Source of the DNA: Mobula hypostoma
Lineage: Eukaryota
Direction: 5' to 3'
Assembly: GCF_963921235.1 (NCBI RefSeq)
Contig: NC_086103.1
Span: forward strand, 106,888,001 to 106,952,000
Length of the DNA stretch: 64,000 nucleotides
Below the pieces are notes generated by a model. That model searched no databases and was not told the DNA's origin. It saw only the letters and a list, made by a program, of their open reading frames with translations. The position numbers and the translations under genes are program-made. Shown here one piece after another: positions 36,020-49,685 of the stretch (the stretch's first letter is position 1; each line of letters starts with the position of its first letter).

Positions 36020-37410
36020 ATTATATTTGACCAATCTACTGGAATTGTTTGAGGATGTGACTGCAGGGAAAGCAGTAAGTGTGTTGCAAATTGAATTTCC
36101 AGAAGGCTTTTGATAAGGCTTCACACAGCATGTGGGCTGATCAGTTCAGAGTGCAAGGAATCAGAGGTACTGACGTGAATTAAGAATGGGTTTTTGGATA
36201 TAATGTATTCCGTGGGAGTATATGGATCCTCCTCAGGTAATGAGCTGTGACTAGCGGAGTACTGCTGGATGCAGGTATAACCACCAGTTATTCACTTTCA
36301 CCACTTAAATCAACAAATCGACTGATGTTATGAGGTTTTCACGTTTGCTGATGACACCAAACCAAGTAGGCTACTACAGGAAAGGATTAGATTATGAGGA
36401 CACTCAGTCCTTGTTTTATTGTCATTTAGAAATGCATGCATTAAAAAATGATACAATATTCTTCCAGTGTGATATCACAGAAACACAAGACAGACCAAGA
36501 CTAAAACTGACAAAAAACACATAATTATAACATGTAGTTACAACAGTGCAAAGCAATACTGTAATTTGATAAGAGCAGACCATGGGTATGGTTAAAAAAA
36601 AGTCTCAAAGTCCCGATAGCCCCAACATCTCATGCAGACGGTAGAAGGGAGAAACTCTCCCTGCCATGAGCTTCCAGCGCCACAAACTTGCCGATGGAGC
36701 ATCCCGGAAGCACCCGACCACAGCCCGAGTCTGAGTCCGTCCGAAAACTTCGAGCCTCCGATCAGCCCTCCGACACCGAACACCGAGCACCATCTCTGCT
36801 GAGCGCTTCAACCCTGGTCCCGGCCGCCAAACAACAGGCAAAGCCGAGGATTCGGGGCTTTCCCCTCCAGAGATTTCAGATCACACAGCAGCAGTGGCAG
36901 CAAAACAGGCATTTCAGAAGTTTCACCAGATGTTCCTCCGTGCTCTCACGTCTGCCTCCATCAAATCAGAATTGTGCACGGCATCCTACTTGTCAGATAA
37001 CAGATATCATCACCGGAGAGGCCACGCGCGCTGCGTAGCGCCGCCATCTTTTCCTCCCGCCAGTGCATTAAAGAGGCTGTAAGGGGATATAGAAAAGCCA
37101 AAGGAGCTTGTGAGAAGCTGACCGATGGAATATAATGTAGAAAACTGACAGGATATAATGGAAAAGCAGTCTATTTGTTAAGTAATAAGAAATGAGGCAG
37201 TGCTGATGCTCAGAGGACGTACTTGGGCAAAAATCATCGAAGGCTAACTTGTTGGTGAAACAGTTAATCAGAAGGCAAATGGTATATTAGTCTTTATAAC
37301 AAAATAGATTGATTACAAAGTTAAGGACAATTTCTTTGCAATTTTGCAAGACCTTGATGAAAGTTTAACTGGAGTATTGTGTAAAGTTTTAGTCTTTCAA
37401 CTAAGAAAGA
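36020..37410 (+). mobile_element. Old CR1 ORF2 fragment split by a family A insertion
   Basis: ttccagaaggcttttgataagg (KAFDK) and tttgctgatgacaccaa (FADDT) upstream of the insertion; ctggagtattgtgt (LEYC) downstream. Confidence 0.75.
36385..37060 (-). mobile_element. Non-autonomous retroposon, family A copy 2
   Basis: Homology to 7286-7967; (tctaa)n tail; aagatggcggcgc head. Confidence 0.85.
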
Positions 37411-38770
37411 TTGAAAAATAATTGAAGATTCACATTTTGCCTGTCATAGTTCCGAAGGAAACATTGTATTGTGCATAATTAGGCACTTGGCAAGATGCAA
37501 TAAAAGACAGTTACGTTTAAGAGGAGTCACCATTTTGTGAGTGGGTCAGTGTCAGAGTGAGGAATTGAGGATTTGGCTCATTGAGGCTTCGACGAGGAGA
37601 GGCATAGGTTGTGGGTAGATTTTTATTTCATTATTTATTACTTCTTTCTTTCTTATTGCACATTTAGAGCAGTGGAGATGCCAGGCAGGATAGTAGAATG
37701 CTCATCTTGCAGGATGTGAGAAGGCAGAAAGACTTCCAGCATCCTTGATGACCACCTGCAAGAAATGCATCCAGCTGTAGCTTCTGACAGATTACTTTAA
37801 GGAGATGGAGCTGGAACTAGATGAACTCTGGATCATTAAGGAGGCTGAGAGGTTGATTGACAGGACATGCAGGGAGGTGCAGTAGTTATTCCCAAGGTGC
37901 AGGACACAGGTGACTGGGTGACCGTCAAGAGGGGGAAAGGGAATAGGCAGCCAGTGCAGGGTACTCCTGTCGCCGCTCCCCTCAGCAAGTGTGCTGCTTT
38001 GGAAACTGCTGAGGGGAGAAACCTACAGAGGAAAGGCAAAGCAGTCAGTTCTCTGGCACTGAATCTGGCTCTGTGGCTCAGAAGGGAAGGGGTAAGCAGA
38101 AGAGGTGATCTGTAGGGATAGGGGATTCATTGGTTAGGGAAACAAATAGGAGGTTCTGTGGACGAGAATGAGATTTCTGCATGGTACTGTCTGTTGCCCA
38201 CCCCCCGCCCCAGGTGCCAGAGTCAGAGACATTTCAGTTCAAATGCACAATATTCTTAAGTAGGAAGGTGAGCAGCCAGATATTATGGCCCATGTCGGTA
38301 CCAATGACATAGGTAGGAGGGGTGATGAGGTCCTGCAAAGAGAGTTCAGGGAGTTAGGTGCTAAATTAAAATCCAGAACTGCCAGGGTTGTGAACTCAGG
38401 ATTGCTACCTGTGCCATGCTCTAGTGGGGCCAGAAGCAGGAAGACCGTACAGTTTAACGCTTGGCTAAGGAGAAGGTACAGGAAGAAGTGTTTCAGATTT
38501 TTTGGATGACAGGGAAGGTGGGATCTGTATAGAAGGGGTGGTTTGCACTTACACTGGAGAGGGACTAATATCCTCATGGGAAGGTTTCCTAGTGCTGCAC
38601 CCAGGAGTTTAAACTAGAGTTGCTAGGGGATGGGAACCAGAGCACCGCAACAGATAGTGAAGTGATGGTGGAGAAAGATGTTGTTAAGCCTACAAACAAA
38701 GCCAGGAATCAAAAGGTTGGGCATGGTGGGACTAATGAGCTGAGCTGTGTATATTTCAATGCAATGTAGG

Positions 38771-39538
38771 TGAAACCCCTTTGTGCTGGGTGTTTCTGGA
38801 AAACCAGCCCATTAGCCCCTTGCTAACAGCCATTTGATGCCACAGCAATAAACCCACCTTTCTCCAGCATCTAGGGAGTAGACAACTTTGGTCCCACCAA
38901 ATCCATGAGTTTGGGAGGTCTCACCCACCCAAAACGTCACTTGGAGTGAATGCTGTATGATTTACTGCCCCCCCGCCCCCCCGGCAAGAAATAACAGATC
39001 ATACATTGCATACCGTTAAAAAGAAGTATATTTAGTAATGTTAAGTTAAGCAAACAATTATTAAATGAAAGAAAAAAAAACCAAAAAGGGTCCATTACTC
39101 TTAAACAGTCAAATGTGCACTTAAGTTAGAGCTCATCACTCATGTGTTGTATTCTTAGTCTGAGTGAACGCACACGCTACCTTCCCAACATCGCTCGTAA
39201 TCCACCTTGAACAAACAGCTTTCCCATGGGAGTATTGGTTCTTCCTTCTTGAAACCATTCATCTGCACAAAGCGCCTTCTGCATCAGGGATGGCATCCTC
39301 AGCCTTTTCCCGTCCTCTTCCAGCTCCCACCAACAGAGACCTCTCCACCCATGTCCTCCAGAACCTCCCCCCAAATCTGCTTCCTGATTGGCTGACACCA
39401 CACTCCTAAATTGAATAACAAAGCTTCTTATCTCAGCTCGAACCCAAACAAGCTGGGAGCAGAACAGACTGCTCTTACAGAGTTGCTAAAATGAAATACC
39501 TACAGCATAGCAGTAAAAATGTTAACCAGGGCGTTACA
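38771..39538 (-). mobile_element. Solo LTR inserted at the start of CR1 ORF2
   Basis: TG...CA ends; perfect 4-bp TSD tagg (38767-38770, 39539-39542); CCAAT box on the minus strand near 39387. Confidence 0.88.
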
Positions 39539-40479
39539 TAGGAAAGGTGGGTGAGCGCAGAACACGGATCAGCACGTTGACATTGTAGCCTTCAGTGAGA
39601 CTTGGTTAAAGTAGGGGCAAGACCGGCAGCTTAAAATTCTGGGGTTCTGTTGTTTTAGACATGATAGAGTGGGAAGGGTTAACGGGAGAGGGGTGGCATT
39701 ACTCTGCAGGAAAATTGTCACAGCAGTGCTCAGACGAGACAGACTGGAAACATCATCTAGTGGGGCTTTATGGGTAGAACTGAGGAATGAGAAAATGATG
39801 ACGAAGTTATTGGGATTATATTATAGACCACCCATCAATCCCCATATTTAGAGGAGCACATTTGTAGAGAGGTTGCAGACTTTTGCAAGAAGCAGAAGGT
39901 TGTAATAGCAGGTGATTATAATCTTCTATATATTGATGGGGACTCACATACTGTAAAAGGGTTGGATGAGAAAGAGTTTGTCAAATGTGTTCAGGAAAAT
40001 TTCCTTAATCAGTATATAGAATTCCCAACTGGAAAGAATGTGCTATCAGGTATCCTATTAGAGAAAGAGACAGAGCAAGTGACATAAGTTTCCATCTAGT
40101 AATCATAATGCCACTAGTTTCAAGGTAATTATGGAAAAGAACAGGTCAGGGCTTTGGGTTGAGATTATAAATTGGAGTAAGACCAATTGTGATGGCACCA
40201 GAAAGGATCTAGTAAGTGTGAATAGGGACAGGCTGTTTTCTGGCAAAGGTTTACTTGGTAAGTGGGAGGCCTCCAAAAATGAATTTTTGAGAGTACAGTG
40301 TTTATTTGTACATTCCTGTCAGAATAAAAAGCAAGAATAATAGATTTAGGGAACTTTGGATTTTGAGAGATATTGAGGCCCCGGTTAAGGAAAAAGAATG
40401 AGGTGCATAGCAGGTATAGGCAAGTTGGAGCAAATGAGGTACTTGGGGAGTATCAGAAATGCAAGAGAATACTTAAGAA

Positions 40480-40686
40480 CTGGCTCTGTGACCTGCAGTT
40501 GGCTAGTGGTGCTGAACTGAGCTGAAGTGAGTACTCTACTCCTGGATTCCTGGTTTGACGTTTGATTTTTTTTCTAGGTATAGGTTCCACGGAGTTTCTT
40601 TGTTTCATGGCTGCCTGCAGGAGAACAAACCTCAGAGTTTTATTCTGTATATATACTTTGATAATAAATGTACTTTGAACTTTGAA
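40480..40686 (+). mobile_element. Short non-autonomous retroposon inserted in CR1 ORF2
   Basis: Interrupts the CR1 frame; tail tactttgataataaatgtactttgaactttgaa. Confidence 0.75.
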
Positions 40687-42599
40687 AGAGGAAGTCAGGA
40701 GGGCTAAAAGAAGACATGAGGTTGCTTTCACAGACAAGGTGAAGGAGAATCCTAAGGGCTTCTACAGATATTTTGAGAGCAAAAGGATAGCAAGTGGCAA
40801 AATTGCACCTCTGGAAGATCAGAATGGTAATCTATGTATGGAGTCAAAAGAGGTGGAGGAGACCTTAAACAAATTTTTTGCATCTGCATTTACTCAGGAG
40901 ATGGACACAATTTCTACAGAAGTGGAGCAAAGCAGCCGCGAGGTCATGGACCTTAATACAGTTTACAGAGGAGAGGTGTTCGCTGTCTTGAGGCAAATTA
41001 GGTTGAATAAGTCCTCAGACCCTGAAAAGGTGTTCCCTCCAACCCTGTGGAAGGCAAGTACAGAAATTTCAGTAGCCCTAGCAGAGAAATTTAAAACATC
41101 CTTAGCTGGGGATGAGGTGCTGGAAGATTGGAGGATAGCTAATGTTGTTCCATTGTTTAAGAAAGGCTCTAAGAATAAGCCAGGGAATTATTGGCTGATG
41201 AGGCTGACATCAGTAGTGGAAAAATTATTTGAAGGTATTCTAAGGGACCAAATATATAAGTCTTTGGAAAGACAGGAAATGATTAGGGAGAGTTAAAATG
41301 GCTTTGTGCATAATAAGTTATGTCTAAGCAGTCTTATCGAGCTTTTCAAAGAAGTTATCAGGAAAGTTGATGAAGTCAAGATCTTTGACAAGGTCCTGCA
41401 TAGGAGGTTGGTCAAGAAGGTTCAATCGCTTGGCATTCAGGATGAGGTAGTAAATTGGAGTAGACATTGGGTTTGAGGGAGAAGCCACAGAGCGGTAGTA
41501 GATGGTTGCTTCTCTAACTAGATGCCTGTAACTAGTGGTGTGCTGCAGGGATTACTGCCGTGTCCATTATTGTTTGTCATTAATATCAATGATCTAGATG
41601 TTAATGTGGTAAACTGGATCAGTAAATTTGCAGAATTCACCAAGATTGGCAGTGTAGTGGGCAGCGAGGAAGACTACCAAAGATTGAAACAGGATCTAGA
41701 CAAGCTGGAAAAATGGGCTGAAGGATGGCAGATGGAATTTAACATAGGCAAGTGTCAGGTGTTGGACTTTGGGAGGACCAGCCAGGGTATGTATTACACA
41801 GTGAGTGGTAGGGCACTGAGGAATCTGTACAGCAGAGGGATCTGGAAATGCAAATCCATAATTCCTTGAACGTGGCATCACAGGTAGATAAGGTCATAAA
41901 ACTACTGATAAATTGGCCTTCATAAATCAGTGCATTGAGTACAGGAACTTTGATGTTATGTTGAAATTGAATAAGACATTGGTGAGGCATAATTTTGAGT
42001 ATTGTGTCCAGTTTTGGTCACCTACCTATAACAAAGATGTCAATAATATCGGAAGAGTGCAGAAGGAATTGATCAGGATGCTGCTGGGGCTTAAGCTCCT
42101 GAGTTATAGGGAAAAGTTGAATAGGTGAGGACTTGATTCCCTGGAACATAGAAGATTGAGGGAGATTGAAGGGTATAGATAGGGTAAATGCAAGCAGGCT
42201 TTTTCCACAGGGGTTGGGTGGGACTACAAGTAGAGATCACGGGGTAGGGGCGAAAGGGGAACATGAAGGGTGAACTTCTTCACCCAGAGTTTTGAGAGTG
42301 TGAAAAGAGCAACCAGTGCAAATGGTGGATGTGGGTTCAATTTCAACATCTAAGAGAAATTTGCATAGGTATATGTATGGGAGGGGCATGTAGGGCTATG
42401 ATCTGGATGCAGGTTGATGGGACTAGACAGATTAATGGTTTGGCATGGACTATATCAGCTGAAGGGCCTTTTCCCATGCTTTAGTATTCTATGAATCTTT
42501 TACTCTATTCACTAGACTTCTTCTAAGGTGGCAAGTTGGTCATATAAACAGAGGTCAAGCATGCTGGAGTTTGGAAAAAGGAGAGGAAAGAGGTTTATA

Positions 42600-42900
42600 C
42601 AGAGAATGATTAGCTTTATTGGTCACACATACATCAAAACATTCAGGGAAATGCATTGTTAGCATCAAATCAGATGAGTAAGAATTATGCTGGGCAGCCT
42701 GCAAAGCTTCTAGTGCCAATGTAGCATGCCCATAAGTTACTAATCACAACCTGGACATCTTTGGAATATTGGAGGAAACCTCAGCACCTGGAGGGGATCC
42801 ATGGAGCCATAGGGAGGACACACAAACTCTTTACAGGCAGTAGCAGGAATTGAACCTGGATCGGTGATTGCTGGTGCTGCAAAAGCATTACAATAACCCC
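42600..42900 (-). mobile_element. HE1/V-SINE-like element
   Basis: tRNA B box (aggttcaattcc on the minus strand) and V-domain gtttcctcc..ttccaaagatgt. Confidence 0.65.
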
Positions 42901-45179
42901 TGTGGGCCAGTGTTGCCCATTTATTTTACTGACTTCCCAGATAAAATAAAGGAAGGATGTTTCCTTGATTGGGACATCAAGGAGCAAGGACACAGGCTGT
43001 GAAAAATGGATTGGCAATCAGGAATGAGGTGAGATGAGGTCCTTCTGAATTCCCCCTACATTTTGTGTGTATTACTCAGGAAATATATGTTCATTCAGAT
43101 GGTGAATTTTCTATTCAATTGAATCAAAGTTGTTGTGGTCATTCACAGTGAAGATAAGTAGATGCCTGGATATTGAGGTGATCAAGGGATGGTGTTATAC
43201 TGGAAATTGCTGGTGAGATAAAGGATCAGTCATGATCTTGGTAAATGAAGTGCAGAATTGTTTACACCTGCGATTTTTGATGCTTCGAAGTTTCTCTGAG
43301 GCCAATCTTTGAAAATACACAATAACTGACAAAATGGTTCTGGAAGAAGCACCTTTCTTGGTTAGTAGCATTTTTTACCCTTGGAAACATGAATGAAGTT
43401 AGTAGAAGCTTCAGGGCATCTCCCTCTTCAGATTAGATCAGAAGGATACAAACAATTCTGTTGGATTCATTTCCGAATGCACACTGATGACACGGATTCT
43501 GGGCCCACAGCAATGCCAAAGATTGGAGTTGGCTGGAATGAGCCTGCAGTCTCACAATACCAGCTGTTTCTCAGGGCATCAGTGCCAGGTCTAGCTTCAT
43601 AGTAAATCCAGGCTAAGGTTGAAGCTATACCGCTGCAGTCTGCAGCACAGTCTGCCAGGACAATACTAACAGAAAGGGTCCCTTCATTACCTGAGCCATT
43701 ATCTTCCAAGAACAGCAAATTGTCTCCCAGCCATCGGATGGAACAGGAGAGATATTATGTGAAGGAGCTATATTATTGGTCTCCTTTAGCTAAATTGTTT
43801 GAAAAAATGAATAGATGTGCTTCACTGCAAATGTAGAAGAGGTTTATTGTCAGGTGGTGTCTGTTCTAGGACCTGAAGGAACTAAGATGAAAGGAAGTAG
43901 AAAAATGGAATGGTGACAGAAGCATACTGTTAAATATGCAAATCAAGTCAGCCTTATTGTCACATTTATAGTGAGGTACAGGAGCAATGATAAACTTGCA
44001 GTAGCTTGGCGAGTACGTAGACTTCTAGCTGTGGACATTCATTTTCCACAGCTCTCTCCTGTACAACACAAATGGTGATTCAATTAGATTAGATTGATTA
44101 GTCACTTGTACATTAGACTAATAGTAACCAACACAATTTGAGGGCGTGTTGGGGCAGCCCGCAAGTATCACCATGCTTCTGGCACCAACGTAGCATTTCC
44201 ACGACGTTCAGCAGAACAACACCCTGCAAGACAGACACAACAGCTAAACAAATGCCTTCCCACCCCCCAGCTGGGTCAAGGATCACCGGCCCTTGTCCTC
44301 AGGGCCCGCTGACTGTGGTCTATGACCATGAGGTCTTAAACCATGGAGATCAGTGGTCTTCATTTTCAGTGCCTACCAACCACACTTTCATTCTTAGGGC
44401 ACTCTGGCCTTCAACCTTGGACCACTCTGACCTGGTCTCCAACCTCTAGCTCCTGCCCTCACTCCTCATTTACTGCCTCTGAGCTCAAATAATCCTTCGT
44501 CCCTGTCTCCTAACTCCCCACTCTGTCCCTAGCACCACCCTCATGAACATAAAATACAATTTAGTCTGTGTCACAACCTCGATGAACAACACAGCCCAAC
44601 GCCATGACAACAGGAAGGCCAAGATGAGGATGGACAAGTGACAAAAACAAACAATGGGGCCAGAGGAAAGAAAAATTTGCCTACTTTGAAGCCGTCGTCT
44701 GAAGAACCTGCCAAAGATTGAGTGTTGAGTATAATGCATTCTACTCAGGTATAAAATTAAATCATGCCCTCAACACAACCCAAGCATTGCAAGCCCAAAG
44801 GCAACCTTATCCCTAGTATTTATAACTCGTGGGATATCTGATCTGACTCAAATTTGGGAATACTTCTGTATTCCAAGAGAAAACTGCATTGAATTCATAA
44901 CCTAGATGTTGACTAAGAGAAAAGCTGACAAGAGCGAGGACATCCAGGACACTGAGGGCTATGTTGGAGCACAATGAGACAATATGCCCATGACCAACAC
45001 CCAGGGAGCAGCAATTTTAAAAATGTCGTCAGAATCAATTTAGCTGTGAAAGACAGAAAGGCACTGCTAATTGCAAAGAATACAAGAAAATTAAACACAG
45101 GAGAATTAATCATTGTGTAAAGAAACCAAGAGTACAACAGTGTCGCTGCTAAAATGGTAGATTAGCAAAGAGGTAGCTG

Positions 45180-47350
45180 GAGTGAAAGTTGGATATATAG
45201 GCTGCATAGGACCGTACAATTAGGTTTGTGAGTTTCACAGCAGGGTGGAGAAAATGGAAATGTTCTTTACTGTGAATAATATTTTGAAATTATAAAGGAT
45301 CAAGTGGAGATTGTGCAGACACAGAATACTGCCATAAGAGAGGACTATTCAATTGAGTTAGATTGGCACTGGCACCTTTGCCCCTCTGATAATCAAACCT
45401 GTTCCATCCACTGAAATTGCAGGATTACTTCACAAGACGGACATTTGAAATGATTTGTATGAGGAATCAGAAAGCTGGGGATAAGTGAACAGATGTATCA
45501 TCATAAAAAAGATCTTCTCAGGCTTTGGATGTTTTGTGAATTCTTTGATTTTGCACAGTGGGATCAATTAATTGTTGAATGACGTAGGTCCAAATTATTA
45601 AGCACTCAGGGTCTAGTGGTCGTAGTTAACTACCCAGAATGATCAACATTTGTAGACAAGAGTTGATGAAGGAAATTAATCACTTCAGTGAATTCTTCAA
45701 CCAACCAATTTATCAGTTAGGGATTGCATTTAGTTTGCATGCAGAGACAACTGAAATTATGCTTGGAATTGCCATTGTACTAAAATGAAGATATCTCTCA
45801 GGATGTGTACACAGACAAGGCTCACTCCAGAGTATTGTAAGTCTTAGTAAGTGCAACATTAGGTGAAAGAAGAATTGGACAAACAGGAGTAAAATGGATT
45901 CTAAGTGAAAAGCACACAGAAAATCCTACTCATCGTAGTACCCAAGGCTGACAAGACAGCAAAATTATGCATTGATGACAAACTGACCCCAAACCAAGTA
46001 GCCGATGATGATCGGTGCTTGTTATTAATATTACAGGATATAGACCCAGAAATGGTGGGAGATAAATTTACCACCGAGTTGGACAGTGAACAAGTATATA
46101 TACAAGTTAGAGGAAAATATTTAATGTTAATAAATGTATGTACACATAAGATTCTTTAAACGCACAGAAAAAATACCATATGGAGTTAAGGCAGCTTTAA
46201 AATATTTCTGGTAATCAATGGAGGAGATCCTGCTAGGCTCAGTCCATTGCCATTGTAACCAGGATGTCCTTTACATTCCAGTACTAAATAAAAGATGTTG
46301 CAGAGGATCTCAGATGATTACATCATCAAAAAGAGTAAATATTCAACCAGATTGGGAGTATTTTTGATTAAAAAAGAGCACAAGAAAGTTGAAGCTATTG
46401 TAAAGACAAAGAGACCAGAAAATGCGGTAATGGACAGAACCTTTTCACGTGTGGTTCATCCAAATTTTCATCTAATTTTAGAAATGGTGCTTACGTTATG
46501 GCACTGGCTCCTTATGAAGAATGAAAAGATGGAGAGAGGATTCAAGCATCAGATCATTTTCAGTACATTAAGACATGACAAGGAACTGAAGCTCATGTGA
46601 ACCCACAAACCAGGTACTGGCTGCAGCTATCAATCACATCCGTTGCACAGACAGCCACGTGAAGTAGAAACACTTGTACCAAGCTCTCAAATGCTGGGAT
46701 GACTCTAATGTCTCTTATGTGGGCACACAACAATATTTCAAATGATGATGTGTGATATCCATTCATTCAATGCGGGGACATGGGAAAATCATCCTCTAAT
46801 CTATATCCCCAGAAGCAAATTTTAGACTAAACAAGCTCAGAACATATTAGCAATAGGAATGTGAAGGCCCCTTCCCAGAAGTTCCATACATGCAACTGCT
46901 ATGAACAGAAATATGGAAGTATCTATGTCAGCATGTAAAATCTGTCAAGAGTGCAGAATAAGAAAACAAAAAAAACACTTCTACATATGAGGAGTTGGCT
47001 GACTTGATGTCTTCAGAGGATCCATGTCAATGTTTGCTTGTAAAGCATTTCAGTACTGAATGATTTAAACTTTGACATGTTGGATTGATCACACTGGGGG
47101 GCAGTGATGACATTTTATGACACATTGTTTTCCTAAACTATTGGCATCTGATTATGGTTCTCATTTCAGATCATATCAGCTAATTGTTTCACAAGGAGAA
47201 ATCAGCTGTTCAAGTTTAACAATGGTGCTTATGAATTAATCCAGTTCTGGTTATAAAACTAGCCATAGAAGAAAAGATGCAAGTCAGGATGTCAAACATT
47301 CTTTTGATCAAATATTTACTGGAACACCAGAGACCCAACACAGTTAAGCA
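45180..47350 (+). mobile_element. Highly degenerate Gypsy gag-pol relic (Mag/SURL-like)
   Basis: ILLIVVPKADKTAKLCIDDKLTPNQ..DKFTTELD..INVCTHK resembles the Gypsy RT N-terminal motifs; later RNase H/IN-like remnants (CKICQE, SDYGSHF); no LTRs seen. Confidence 0.7.
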
Positions 47351-47605
47351 AATCCAGGCATCTGAGTAGACAGGCAATCAATTGAACTTATAGTTGCTCT
47401 GACTGTGTGAAACATGCTTTCAAAGGGTGAAAGCTGTGGTCATTTCCTTATTATATACAAGATTGCAAATTATTGCTGGAAATGTACCTTTTGAATGCAC
47501 TTGTTGGTGGCTTTGCAGCATAAAAGGAAGCCCATCAATGAACACAACTTAAAAAAGAGGAATAACTTTAAATAAAATTCATCCTTCACCAAACAGTTGT
47601 AAGTA

Positions 47606-48092
47606 ATGATCTGATCAGAATCATGTTGTTATTTATGGGAACCTGCTGGTTGTAAATTGACTATTTCCTAGAACAAAATGGTGATTAAAAATCTGAAGCA
47701 CTTAATTAGCTCAGAGATCGCTGGGACACCCTTTAGTCATAAAAAGTGGTATAAAAAAGTATACATATATGCATACATTTAAATGTGTGCGTGATAACCA
47801 GTGCAGAATGATAAACCCCCATTTGCATTTGAAGTAAATGAGCCACAATTAACCTGGAACAAATGGAATGGAGCAGCACAGAACACTGGCAGAAGAATGT
47901 TATTTTGTTGCCTGCAGCAGCTTTGTAAGAACATGTATTTTTATGCCACCTTTTATGACAAAAGGGTGTCCTAATGTTCTCTGAGCTAATTAAGTGCTTC
48001 TGATTTTTACTCACTGTTGTGTTCTAGAAGCAGGTCATCAATTTACAAACAGCAGGTTCCCACAAATAACAACATGATTCTGATCAGATCAT
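47606..48092. repeat. Inverted repeat with ~160-bp arms derived from a Deu-SINE-like 3' segment
   Basis: 47606-47765 is the imperfect reverse complement of 47933-48092. Confidence 0.9.
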
Positions 48093-48097
48093 CTTAT

Positions 48098-48830
48098 AGG
48101 ACAAATCATTACACTTTGGCCCAATTAAATGGCTGCCCAAACTAGCCGAAGTTTCATGGAAAGAGATAGAAAGGTATAAAAAAAAGACACACTACCATTT
48201 AACTAAGTAAAAATGTATGTATTCAAATGAAATACAGAATAAATTAGAACACTATCAATACTACTACAGTACTATAAAACTGTGTATTAGTTCCTTGTAA
48301 TTATCAATGGAGGATTTCACCAAATGTATGTGTTCTTTTGATTGTCTGTAAATGAAGAAAATTAGTGCAGACACTTAGAGGAGATAATGGACTGCGTCAG
48401 ACAATGCTATCAACAATTCCATCCTCCAAATTTTCAATTTCATTGTAAGATTCAAGTTGATTGTCGATACCTTCAAATTCGTTGTACTTCCCAACTTGTT
48501 GAAGAAGTAAAATCATTTCATTTTCACTCCAGGCTTTTTCAGGCATCTTCATGCCATTGAGCAAAACAATTCTGAATTGTCCTACTGCTTATGTTCCACC
48601 AACTATCAGTAACAAAAATCACTGCTTTTTCAACACAACCAGATGTTACTGACACTATTTAAAAACTGTTCACTCTAAGCATGGTACAGTATCTAACAGC
48701 CACGTTAGAAACTGTTCAGCAACAGTCTCCTGCCCCAGCTTAGTGGCATAGTGTCCCAAATAAATGAAGGAAATCCCAGCTATTATCTTGATCAATTCTT
48801 GTTATTTAAGAGTAGTTGAAAACAAGTGGT
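48098..48830. mobile_element. Tigger/pogo-like DNA transposon relic
   Basis: tggcccaattaaatggctgccc..; subterminal tgtcccaaataa; recognised from memory of ray repeats. Confidence 0.55.
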
Positions 48831-49685
48831 TTTGTGTGTGTGTGTGTGTTTTAAGATTTATATGTATGAATGTGAAGATATCTGAAGAGAACACTGCAGC
48901 AAAATTTGTCAAGAGAAAAATAGCCCCTCCCTCAAAATGAATCTCAAAAATTAAAAACACCTGACACGTTTTTCTTATCTCCCCAACTTACCAGAAAATG
49001 GAAGTAAATTCTGGTCACTGATACAATAATTTAGTTAGTGCAATCCAATTTCCTGTACAACGCTTCCAGCACACTACTTTCTGTTGCTGATGACTACTAA
49101 ATTCTGAGAATATAATCAGAACCCTGCTGCAATCAGCCACCATGATTACTGAAATAATAGAGCTCTTTCATATGTAATGAGCATTCAGTTCTGAAATGGA
49201 AAATGCTAGGCAATACAACAATGTAAAATGTGAAGATGAAGCCCTTGAGAGCCTTCAACTCCGCCATTGAAAAGCACTGAGGACTTATTCAATACCTTGG
49301 CCATGCAGAGTGAACCACAGCAAAGACTGCCAGTCTTAAAGGTGCTGATGTGATGACTGACAGTATCAAATCAAGGCTTACAATGTCACATTTCTTACAA
49401 ATCAGGGGTTCTGTTGCAATTGTGTAGAGGTTTTCAAAAGCTTCATAAGTGCAGAGAAACAAGCAGTAGAAGTAACCAGTGTTAGCGTTTGTGGCATTAA
49501 TAACCGACAATATATTGGCTGCCTGAGAGATATGAGCAGATATGTAGATACCCTTGGGCCATTATTGATATTTTCTTTGCTGGGTGTTAACTGTTTGCTA
49601 ATGACTTCAAGATGGGACTAACAACTTTGTATTCTTATCCACTTAGTAGTGGCCAACTAAATCATGAAGCCATGTATAATAAACC

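Larger units (their letters stand above)
37515..42495 (+). mobile_element. Near-full-length CR1 LINE (ORF1 zinc finger/esterase; ORF2 APE-RT), decayed, with two nested insertions
   Basis: ORF1 CSSC..CKKC, GDSLVR, HVGTNDIG, GLHL; ORF2 YFNA, LLGLYYRPP, NPKGFYRY, WRIANVVPLFKKG, VTSGVLQG, EYCVQFWSP. Confidence 0.95.
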
